A DNA stretch of 64,000 bases. Source: Monocercomonoides exilis PA203 (lineage: Eukaryota > Protista > Preaxostyla). The position numbers were made by a program, and so were the translations under genes. Position 1 is the stretch's first letter. Each line of letters opens with the position of its first letter. The notes under the pieces are model-generated. The model had not been told where the DNA came from, made no database searches, and saw only the letters and a list, made by a program, of their open reading frames with translations. The stretch is taken from positions 806,001 through 870,000 of the forward strand of contig LSRY02000040.1 of the NCBI GenBank assembly GCA_001643675.2. Direction: 5' to 3'. Below are positions 38,651 through 49,414 of this stretch, in pieces.

Positions 38651-39600
38651 CATTTGAGAAGAAGGGGCGAAGGAGGTGGGGAAGCAGAAGACTGAGGAGG
38701 AGGAGGAGGAAGAGTAGGAAGAGGAGGAATAGGAGGAAGAGGAGGAATAGGAGGAAGAGGAGGAAGAGGAGGAAGAGGAGGAAGAGGAGGAAGAGGAGGA
38801 AAGACTGAGTACACATTGAAGAACGGAGCGACGAAGTTGTTCTATCTGGTCGAGGGCTGATGAACAGTGTCATGAACCAAAAAGGCAATCAGCGAATGAT
38901 GCGTGTGCGAATTGCACACGGGCAAACTTTGGATGTGCTGGGCAATCTGAACATTAACATGCCCAGAAGCTGTGGGAAGACGCAGGTGAAATGGTGGAGA
39001 TAAAGCTGAGGAACAAAGCCGAAGAGAAATCTGTCTCTGGGGCTGTGCGAAATCCTCATGCAGCATGGGACAGAGAAGAAGCAGGGATGAAGCAGGTGAT
39101 TGTGGAAGACTTGGCGGTTATGTTTTTCACCCTTGTTGAATAGTCCGAGCACAAAGCAGAGGAGTACGAGTTTGTGTGTGGCATCTATATTTGCAAGGAT
39201 GAGTTGATCCGCCTTGCGAATGCGCACATTGTGATGAATCAACGGTTACTGTTCTGTGGAGTTACAGCGTCTATTGTGATAAGGCACAGATGATTCGGCG
39301 AAGGTGAAGTTCACAACGGAGAAGGGAATTGAGGCGGAATGGCAGAGTGGAGAAGGAGCAGAATCAGGTTAGGTGAAGGAGATGCCGAGAAATTGTTCAG
39401 CGATGCTTTCAGCGCATGCGTTTGAGGGTGTGTTTGATGGGGCGTCTGATGCGGATACACAGCTGACTTGACTAGGTAAGTGAATGAAGGCAGAGGTGCA
39501 GAAGGATCGGAGGCCGGTTCATTCAAAAAGTTAGACAAGAGGCTCTGTATCGAAGAGTTGTTTATTCAAAGAAGACAATCGAATGTGTCCAAATGATAGG
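37762..39600 (+). pseudogene. GC-rich degenerate host-gene fragment(s), helical/HEAT-like, product unknown (cargo of the 10-kb element)
   Basis: GC-rich codon-like DNA with ORFs 37762..38094 and 38196..38558, broken by stops and frameshifts. Confidence 0.4.
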
Positions 39601-39756
39601 GGAATGCGGCTTTGATGCTTCGTTCACCATTTCTATCGGACGATGCTTTCTCAGTGGTTGTTCCGATGGATGCTCCCATGGCATTGAAGATGGAAGCAAA
39701 GAATGTGCAAGATAACTTTGTTTCTTCTTTCTATTCTTTTTCTTTATCTTCTTCTT

Positions 39757-39997
39757 CCCCCTCTTCTTCCTCTTCCCCATCTTCTTCCTCTTCCCCCTCT
39801 TCTTCCTCTTCCACCTCTTCTTCCTCTTCCCCCTCTTCTTCCTCTTCCCCATCTTCTTCCTCTTCCCCCTCTTCTTCCTCTTCCACCTCTTCTTCCTCTT
39901 CCACCTCTTCTTCCTCTTCCACCTCTTCTTCCTCTTCCCCCTCTTCTTCCTCTTCCCCCTCTTCTTCCTCTTCCCCCTCTTCTTCCTCTTCCCCCTC
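39757..39997 (+). repeat. 18-bp tandem repeat (CCCTCTTCTTCCTCTTCC; SSSSSP/T), ~13 copies
   Basis: Read directly. Confidence 0.85.
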
Positions 39998-40495
39998 TTT
40001 TTCCTCTCTTTCTCCTTCACCTTCTTCTTCTTCTTTTCTATCATTTTTATTTTTCATTCCTCCTTTCTCTTTCTCTTTCTTCTTCCTCTTCTTCTGCTTG
40101 TGCTTCTGTATCTGTAAATGTATCCGCTTCTGCTAATTCTGCTTTATGCGTAAATGAGGAAGAGACTACACAAGTTGCGAAGTTCCAGCAAGCAGAGTTA
40201 ACGAAGGAACGCCGAGAGAACAAATTTCAACTCTTGGCGCCTTTTCTATATGCTCAAAGTGCGCAAAACCATTTATTTTTGGTTTATTCGCTGTGTCTGT
40301 TTGGGTGTCAAGGAAATAAAGCAGGCAGCGATGCATATGAGTGTACGAGAGTTGTTTTTTTGGAGACTGTATATGAGATTAAACAAGATAATTATTTTGT
40401 TGCAGCTACGTTTGAAGAAAAGCAAACAGACGTTTGTGTGTGACAGGCTAGCGTGGAGATGGAGATAAAGACAATCTGAAAATGGGTAATTCTTC

Positions 40496-40556
40496 TTATT
40501 TGAGCAAGGATACAATAAAAGTGCTGTTAATGTGTGAGATGCAGATAGTTGTTGAA

Positions 40557-40592
<36 letters not shown>

Positions 40593-41425
40593 AGAAGAAG
40601 AAGAAGAAGAAAAGGAGGAGGATGAGGAATAGAAGAAGAAGAAGAAGGTGAAGAAGAAGAAGAAGATAATGATGATGAAAGAGAGAAGATAAGTTTCAAT
40701 AATTCTGTTTCAACACTTGCTGTTATCATCGCTGAGTTTGATGTTGAACTTGAATCAGAGACTGTCCAGCCACTATGATCATCATTTCCTTTTATTTCGT
40801 GTTTCTGTTCATCAAATGCCAATTCATCGCTCATCAAAATCATTCCATTCACAACAACTTTCTTTTCTTCTGTTTGTCGTGTGAGTGAGTGCTTCATTGT
40901 CAAACAAGGGAAGTGAACAATTCCACAATGTGAGTGATCGGATGCCTCAGCATTACTCACATATATTTCTACTGGTGTGGGAAGGAGATAGATGCACAGA
41001 GGAATGGCCACGCTTGTGTTTCCATTGTTGTATCCTCTCACCTTCTCAAGAGAATCCAAGGAGGCTTCCACACATGTAATGTTTACTGATTTTGCAGTCA
41101 CTTCTAGATTATGAGAAAGAACAAAGATGTCTCTGCACCATTTGGCTGTGTTTATTCCAAAAGAAGAGGATATCAGGAAATCTGGATTTTCAGTCAATAA
41201 TTGAAGAAGAATTCCTCCCCCAAATCCATATGTTGCAGAGCAAAAGCATCCTTCAAAAGATCCACCTTTCACTTTCACTTCATTTTCATTCCCAACACAC
41301 AGCATCATCGATCCCCCATCAGCCGATGTTCTGCTTCCACATCCTGAAATTGCTCTCGAATTCAGATCTTTGTTAATTATGCCATTGAAAAAACAAATGT
41401 TGGCTGTCAACTGTGAACTTTTCAA
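40496..41425 (-). pseudogene. Internal ectodomain fragment of the Cys/GGG-rich surface-protein family (cargo of the 10-kb element)
   Basis: GGSFEGCFCSATYGFGGGILL and DHSHCGIVHFPCLTMKHSL. Truncated at both ends, running into a microsatellite. Confidence 0.7.
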
Positions 41426-41897
41426 AAAAAAGAATGATTTAATAATAAATTAAAAATACAATATTTTTGTAAAAATTAAATGCAAACCACTAAATTTATT
41501 AAATTTTCAGATGTATCGAATATATGTGCTCAATTTTCGCATTTATTTCATTTTCATGTGTATAATGCAAATGAAAAATGCCATTAATTTGAAATTTAGA
41601 ATAAACATAAAAAATCAAATTTATCTGGAAAAAAAAATCGAAACACGCCTTGCTCATTTCATTGATAAACAATTGCAAAGCAGTTCAATCGGGTGAAACA
41701 CTTTTTCATGGAAAAATTGATATTTTAATTTAGATAAAAAAATTTGAAACATAATTTTTTGTTAAAGAAAATATCTTTTCAAAAAGAAGTTTGCTATGAA
41801 CAAACAAACATCAGTGTGAAAGTTTCATATATTTATTTGTATTATGGAAACGGAGTTTTTTTTTATTTACTTTCATGGGACAGAATTTTGATCTGCA

Positions 41898-42012
41898 GCG
41901 ACTTTTCATAAAGAATGACCAAAATGTTTTATTATTAAATCTTCTTTTTGTTTATCACAATGATTTATAGAATAAACAAGGATTGGAAATGTACCTTAAA
42001 TACACCTATGCC
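41898..42012 (-). repeat. Right TIR of the 10-kb element; also the empty-site reference for the nested insertion
   Basis: The revcomp reads …AATAATAAAA CATTTT GGTCATTCTTTATGAAAAGTCGC, joining both flanks of 32095..36827. Confidence 0.88.
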
Positions 42013-42378
42013 ATATTTTTTGATAAAAAGAGAGAGAGAGATTGAGTTGAAAGTGAAAATTGTTCAGAGATTTCTCCTTTGCAGAAGAAAAAGGAACATA
42101 AGACAAGAATTTCAAAGAATTTCTCCGTTGACAACAATTGACTCTCATCTTCTCAATTTTCAAAAATTAATCATCTCATTCAAAGCATTCATCACAATCA
42201 TTGTCTTCTGGATCTTCTTTAAATATATCATCAACAATTCACACAACTTTTTCTTCTTCTTCTTCTTCTTCTTCTTCTTTTGTTAATTTGACATGTCTGT
42301 TTTCAATTGAGTTAAGGAATTATCTCAGGAATAATTTGAACGTAAACGAACGATGGAATTTTTTTTGGTAATTTTTTG

Positions 42379-43900
42379 CTAAATTATTTGCTGAAGAAGA
42401 AGAAGAAGAAGAAGAAGAAGAAGAAGGGGAAGAAGAAGAACATGAAGCTGGTTGAGAGCTTGCCACCAACTGCGGAATGTGCTTAACAGAGCGAGAAAAA
42501 GAAAAATGTTACCAGGAAGACTTAAACGAGATAGGAGGAACTTCGTCCATGCCACTTGACTCAAAAAACAGCTTTGTATCTCTTTCAACTTCATTCGGTG
42601 TTCTGCAGATTGTTATTTCAACATGGAACAATGAATGACTCTTGTGCTTATGTGAGTGTATGCTTCATTGTTACATGCACAATCTTCACAATCCTTTCAA
42701 ATGGCAAATGAATGTTCGACCTCTTCTTCTCCTTCTCATTCTCATTCTCTCTCTGCATCGTCCATCCCAGCTTCCACTTCTCCGCTTCAATTTCTAAATT
42801 ATTCATTCTCTCTCTGCTGAATGTGCTCAAACGGATTTAAACCACAACAGAAGACAAGTGCACAAAGGGCAAAAAGCAACAGGAAAGCGAGCAACTAAAG
42901 AATTTGGCAGAGAAAATTACACATACGAAGATGAATACGAAGAAGAAGGGAAAGAGGAGGTGGAAGAGCTGGTTGTTTGTGGGAAAGCATCAGGAAAGAG
43001 ATGGGAATGAGCACAAGGCGAGCCAACAATGGTCGAATAAGATGAAGAAGCCAATGGAGATATTGTATTATAATTGGAGAGAGAAGGCGACAGATCTGAA
43101 ATTGCAGAAGAAGAGAAAGAAGAAGATACGCAAAAGGGAGGAGAGGAAGAGGAAAGCGAATAAGAGCCATTGGAATTCCTGTTTTGAACAATCTCATCAA
43201 TTGAAGTGGAAGCATTGAAGAAGAGAGAAGAGCCACGGCTTGACAGATCAGGTGCTGCATTTGGAGAGTGAAGCGGGGTTGATACAAAAGGCAGCTGAAA
43301 CGCACCTCCTTGGAATTCGACTGATGAATTGAGAAGAAACGAAGAAAAGGAAAAAGATGAAGAAGGATATGACAATGATGGAGATGACGATTTATCACTA
43401 GAGTCATTCTGTTGTTTCATTTCTTCTTTTTCATCAACACTTCCTTCTTCATCGCTTGTTGTGCTATCATCCATTCCAATGAGAATGATGTCAGACATGA
43501 TGAGTGCTGCCCTCAAAAGCGACAGGTCGTCTTTGCCGAGAGAGAAGCAGTCGTCGATGGAAAACAGCACATCCTGTTTCAGCTGAACGCAGGAAACGAG
43601 ATGGATGACTTGCTGTGGGATGATGGGAAATATTGCAACGATCTGTGGAGTGGGTGTGGGAAAGGACAATAGCTCCGTTGGGGAAGAAGAAAGTTAAAAA
43701 GAAGAAGATAGTGAAGAAGGAAAAGATGCTATTACAGAATAGGAAATATCTGAAAAGCGTTAAAATAAAATTGAAAAACTATCAAGCAATAAAAAAATTC
43801 AAAAGGCATAGAGAGATGAACAAAGCTGTTGAGAATACAGAATGAAAGGCAAACAGGATATGTTGAAAGCTATTAAAGCACTTCGAACATTTTCACAGAA
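42379..43900 (-). pseudogene. Ser-rich hypothetical gene fragment
   Basis: 250-aa ORF 42917..43669 plus flanking broken ORFs. No recognisable domain. Confidence 0.35.
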
Positions 43901-44190
43901 CGGAAGCGATGTTTGAGTGAAAAAAGAAAGAAATGCAACACATATTCTCCTTCTTATTTTCTTTCATAGTGAATATTGCTTTCAGTTCCCTCTTTCAAAT
44001 ATTATTCTTTCTATTTGCTCATTGATATTAACGCTTTTCAAGAACTATTTTCAAATATGCAGTTTATTCATGAAAATATTGATTGATGATTTTTGAAAAA
44101 ATCAAAAAAGAAAACAGACGATTAGTTATTTATTTCAAAATAATTGATTGTATTGTGAAATGAAAAACTTATTGTAAAAAGGCTAAAGAG

Positions 44191-44663
44191 TTAAAGAGCT
44201 ATTAAAGCTTCAAAAGATAATGAATGCTTTCCGTCACCAGAGATCCTTTTCATCCTTGAAAAGATACGTTCGCAGCTTCCTTCGCTGCATGGAGACGAAA
44301 CCAATGAATAACAGATGTTTGAGTATATTGTTTGAATAGGTCCTTTTTTTGTAATCTCTGTGTAGAACTTTTGTATGTCGTCTTCAAATATGAAGCTTTG
44401 TGCTTCATTCAAAAAATCCAGAAACAGTTTGAAGCATAAATCACTGATCTCTTTCGATTGATTTGATAAAACTGTTGTAACATATCTTTCAAAACTTTGT
44501 CAAATTTGTGTATCCCAGCAAGATGATATGGAGCACACCACTTGATCGCAAACTTCTTTCTCTTTTCTAGTTCCAGTTGGGAAGTTAAATTGATCTTCTG
44601 GTTTGAAAACAGCACCTCCACATCATCTCCTCCACATTCTATTTCATCAGTTCCGTCTTCCAT
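44191..44663 (-). mobile_element. hAT transposase C-terminal remnant (dimerisation domain)
   Basis: SLVSSPCSEGSCERIFSRMKRI…SLS matches the hATC 'P.SS..CER.FS' signature. Frameshifted and N-terminally deleted. Confidence 0.7.
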
Positions 44664-45478
44664 TGCATCTTCAATTAAGTCATGAGAATTATCTCAGAAA
44701 ATTGTGATGTGAGAATATGTCAAACATGTCGAAGAAAAACTATCAAAAGAAGAGCACGAGGAAGTTGTTGAAGGAAACGAAAAAGACTCATGAATGCTTT
44801 CATCTTTTTTCTTTTCACTTTATTTTGTTAATCCGGTCATTTGAAGATACATTTTAAAGTGTGTTTTCGCTATTCAAAGTGAATTAATCAATCAAAAAAC
44901 GATGCATTTAATATGTTAATCAATAAAGGCATTCTGAAATTCACTCAAATGATTTTAACATTCAATTATGTTGGGTGTTGACACAAAAATTTGACAAAGT
45001 CAAAAAAAGATCGACCAGACTGTGACTTAGGCAATTTCCAAAAAATTGATCCGGTCAAAACCCATTAACGTGTTCTTTATTTCTTTAAAAAAGTATCGAT
45101 TATTTTTTGTTCGATTTGAATTTTTCATTTTCCTTTTATTTAATTAAGTGTGTGAACGATAAACTGTTAAACTTTTGAATAATTTTGATGAGACATAAAT
45201 ACTTTTTGACTTCAATAATTTTTTAAGTCAGTCAAAAGTAGATTTCCTTAAGACAAAAGTCTGAAGTCACCCAGGCTTTGAAAATTATAACAATAAATTA
45301 TGTTTTTTTTAATAATAACCATTTGAGTTATAAATTTTCTTTCCAAAATTTTTATTCAAATGTAATTTTATGTCATCTTGATATTAACAATCATTCGTGC
45401 TTCAATGCTTGCGTCGGTTGATTTCAGGCTGCGAGTGGGGCTGGTTCAGAAGGATATCAGGCTGCGAGCAGGGCTGGC

Positions 45479-47120
45479 ATGTTTAATGATGGAAGGGAGG
45501 GAAGGGCGAGTGCGTTTGAAGCTGGAGTTGAAACGGAAAGTAAGTTAGGTGGTGGAGGAATTGTGATGGAAAGAGAGTTGAATGATGGAGAAGTTGAAAT
45601 GGAAGGAGGATTTGATGGAGGGAGGGATGAAGGAAATGTTGAACGAAATTCAGAAAATAATATATGTTTGTTAGAAAAGATGGAAAGAAAAAGAAAAAGC
45701 TTTGGAGTTTTTTCTCCAAATGAAAAAAGATTAACTGAAAAAACAAAAAAAGATTTACATTTTTAAATGAAAAAAGATATTAATATTAAAATGTTTTTTT
45801 CAACATTCTGTAAAAAAACAAGAAATTTCAAAAAATCAAAGAAAAAGACTGATTTGTGTGAGATTTGTGAGAGAGGGAATTATTTGGAAAAGAAAAAGAA
45901 AAAAATAGAAAGAAAAGAATTAAAATTGGGCCAAACAAAAGATGATGAATTGATGTTGGGCCATTCATCATCGAAAAATGTCACAACATCAAAGAAACTT
46001 TTTTTATGAGAAGAATGAAAATTTACGAAAAAATAAAGTTATTATTTAAATGGATTTAAAAGAGAATTGGTGTTTATTAATTTCTAATTATGAGACTGGA
46101 AAATCATTTTTTAATAAGAAACAAATTTCTCATTTGTGTTTTGTTGTTTTTAATGTTGATAATTTCGGAAATTTAAAAAAATGTTGTTTTAATTATTTTT
46201 CCGAAATTTTATCTCATGATTATCGTTTTGTATGTGAATGTTTGAAACAACTACTGCAATTTGATATTTTTTTGAATGTTGATGCTTTTAACTTTTTTTG
46301 TGACAATGGTCCGCATTTTCGTAATTCTCATATTTTTAATTTTATATTTTCTGATAATTCTTTTTTGTTTGAAAATAAACATTGTTCACTTTCATTTTTT
46401 GCTTAACATCATTGTTAAAATGAATGTGATAGTGAGTTTGGTTTTTTTACAAATTTGATTAACAATATTCTTTCCAATAAAGTTTTGAATAATATTTTTG
46501 ATTTAATTGATTTTTTTTTGATAATAGTGATTCATATTTATTTAACACAAATTCTGATAATTCTTCTTTTTTCATTTCTGATTCTTTAAATAGTAACTTT
46601 AATTATTCTTCTAATATTTTTTTCTCTTCTTCTCAAAATCAGGAAAAAAAGAATAATGAAACGAGGCATTATTTTTTAAGGTTTGAATTTATTTATTTAT
46701 TTATTTGGGGTACAATTCTTTCATTTATGAAAAAAACAACGATTTGTTCCAAACTTTTTATCCAATCTTATCATAATATGTCTTTCATTTCCATGTCTAA
46801 AAAACACAGAAAAATTCTAATTTTGTGAAAAATATTTGTCAAAGTTAAATGGAACAAAATTCTTAAAGCGAAAAATTTCGTCCCATTTATTTATTTATTT
46901 TTTTAGTCACAAAGAATTAAAAGAAACAAACTGGAATAAAATGAAAATAAAAGGGATTAAAAATTATTTGTTTTTTTAAAATAATTCAGTGAAACTTCTC
47001 GTTTCATCAATCAGCTGCGAAAATAGCTCAGGTGTGTTTGAAATAGAATATGAAATTATGAAAAAGTTAGAAACAAATAAAAAGAAAAATTTTTTTGAAG
47101 AAAAGATTATAAAAAAAATG
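45479..47120 (+). mobile_element. Degenerate Sola2-like DDD transposase
   Basis: KTDLCEICE, MDLKEN, LSHD, FFCDNGPHFRN and FFA*HHC*NECDSEFG, compared with the family pattern DF.EN / SD....F.N / HGK..CD..(F)G. Several stops and frameshifts; possible intron at 46681-46906. Confidence 0.6.
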
Positions 47121-47899
47121 ATATTTTTATATCAGAAAAAGGAAAATTTGGAAAAGGTGTGAAGAAAGTTATTGTAAATATAATGAAATTTTTTAATTTA
47201 CATAAAGAAAAAGATTTTTCAAATTTGAATAATAATATTTTTAATAATTCGAACAATTTTTTCGATTCAAATAGCTTGACAAGTGAAACAGGTGTGTCAC
47301 AGGTGTGTAATTCAAATTCTGAAAATTCATTTTGTGATACATTTTTTGATAATTATTCTTTTAACGATTCAATTGATAATTCTTTTTTAAATTAAAATAT
47401 TTTTTTAGCTAAATTTTCACTGTATAATTGGGTGATTTTTTTTGATATCATCAAAAATTCCGACGTTTGATCAAAAAATTTTTTCATTAAGGGTGGGATT
47501 GATACGAGATTTTTTATTTGAAATTACATAAAAATAAAGTTTAATATATATTTATTATTTATTATTTGTTTATTTCAATTTGTTTTTAATTTGTTTTTGC
47601 TTCATATTTGATAAAAAATATAAACTTTTTCCAAAAAATAATCGAAACTTCAATGAACAGAAAAAATAAAAAGTTTTCTGGTTTTAAAAATATGATAACA
47701 ATAATCACAATAACGATGAAAATCAATATTCTAAGTTAAAAACAGTTAAATAATATTATTGAAAAAATATAAAATAAGATTAGTTGAAATCGATAAATAT
47801 TTAATGAAAACATTCAATTTTCAGCGTTTCATCATCTGATTCGCAAACAGTCCTTTCTTGAAGTCATATCAGCTTCAAATGCCTCTATTTCACTCTTCT

Positions 47900-49100
47900 G
47901 CAAAAAGTGAGATTTATGCATTCTATTCAAATCTCACCTTTCTCAATTCAAATCCAATCAGATTCATACGAAAATGTCAACGCCAATTCCCTTCCCAATC
48001 ACTTCACCCTGGGTACTTTCCATATGGATTCGCTCTCCCAACTCCATAGCCACCCTGGACAACGAGATATCCCGCTTTTATTCATTTACATTCTTTTCCA
48101 CCTCCTGCCCTGAAAGAAACACAAAAACATTCAAAAGGCAAATATTCATATAAAAAAAAAAAAATTAAATACCAAACTTCCCTTCATCTTTATTTTGCCA
48201 GAATGCACATCTCCACAGCCATCATCATTCAAAAAATCAATCTCTCCATTTCAGCCTCAGAATGGTTGAATACAGCACTGAATGCATCTCCACAAAATAC
48301 ATTGAATATCTCACTGGAGGGTCTTCTCAGCCCGTACACATTGTGGTGGCTGTCCAGAGGTGTTTTTTCTGTTTTTGTCATGATCTTCTCCTTTAATAAT
48401 ATTCTCAAATACCCAAAGCAGTATTTGATGTTTATCTCATCAACACCAGGCACAGGATTGATATGGGGCAGAGAAGAGATGGAAGAATATTTTTTGTGGC
48501 AGGGGATGGGAGTTGAGAGTTTTATGGAATGTTAATGTTTCGAGAGAGATTTTTGAATGGAAGAAATTCTGAGACAAAAAGATGGGGAAGAGTGGGTCTA
48601 GATTTGGGGAAGATTATATAGTCAATATATAGAGAAGTGGCTGGGGATGATGAAGAAGGTGATTATTGTTGATTGGAGAAATGGATTTTGAAGAGAAAGA
48701 AAAGAGGGCAAAAGCTTGAAAGAAGAAGAATATTTCGAAATGTTCTAATGGAAGAGAGGTAATTTTTGAGAGGAGAAGAATGTATTTTGGAAGAGAATGG
48801 GAAAGATGAAGAAAAGGAGGGGTTTGATATTTTCTGAGAATATTGAGGGCTGAATGGAAGAGGTGAATGGAAAGGAAAAGAAATTGAGAAATATTATCAT
48901 TTTCTATTTTTGAGAGGAATGGAGAGGAAATTGCAAAAAGAAAGTGAATTGGCTTTGAAGAAATTCAACTTTATTGATAAATAACAGAACAAAAGCCAGA
49001 AATTCTTCAATTTGGATTATTGTTTCCTTGTGAAGTTGACTTGTTTTATACGGCATTGCATCAATCGCCAACATCACATGAAACATATCAACTTCTTCAC
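47900..49100 (-). pseudogene. Degenerate gene fragment, possibly class III nucleotidyl cyclase-like
   Basis: FCGDAFSAVF…AVEMCI resembles the 'F.GDA..A.F' cyclase motif. Otherwise heavily broken. Confidence 0.25.
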
Positions 49101-49414
49101 TAAATTTATTGGAATATAAATGGATTTCTCAATCACCATAAATATTTATTTTCATCATCATCTCATCTTCTTCACCTTATTTCTCATCTTCCTCGTAATT
49201 TCCTTCTTCTTCACCTTCTCCAAATTCTTCACCTTCTTGACCTTCTTTTTTGGTTCCTCTTTTCACTTTGTGTTGCATCACATTCAACCTTCAGATGTTT
49301 GTAAGCTGTTCAATCAGCATCACCAGTTTGCCTTCCAAAATGAAATCTCAATAACTATTCTTCCTCTCTACAGTATCTTCGTCGCTGTATAAGCCTTCTG
49401 TGAGATAACGAAAT

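Larger units (their letters stand above)
32009..42012. mobile_element. 10-kb non-autonomous cargo-carrying TIR transposon (Merlin-like ends), 8-bp TSD ATATTTTT
   Basis: ATATTTTT lies at 32001-08 and 42013-20. The left TIR (32009..32100 plus 36828..36850, split by a nested insertion) matches the revcomp of 41898..42012 with ~4 mismatches in 115 bp. The termini are GGCATAGGTGTATTTAAGGT. No transposase was seen inside. Confidence 0.88.

Noticed and set aside
11229-46420. TAA/TAG reassignment to Gln (as in some oxymonads and diplomonads) explaining the many in-frame stops
   Set aside because: The multi-kb Gln-rich ORFs contain no internal TAR and end in TAA. Stops in the broken genes fall at positions expected to be K/E/Y/L/H and co-occur with TGA stops and frameshifts. 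Ordinary decay explains them.
44191-47400. Fanzor/TnpB-type RNA-guided nuclease associated with the transposase remnants
   Set aside because: No RuvC I/II/III motifs or terminal zinc finger were found next to the hAT, Sola-like or Merlin transposases.
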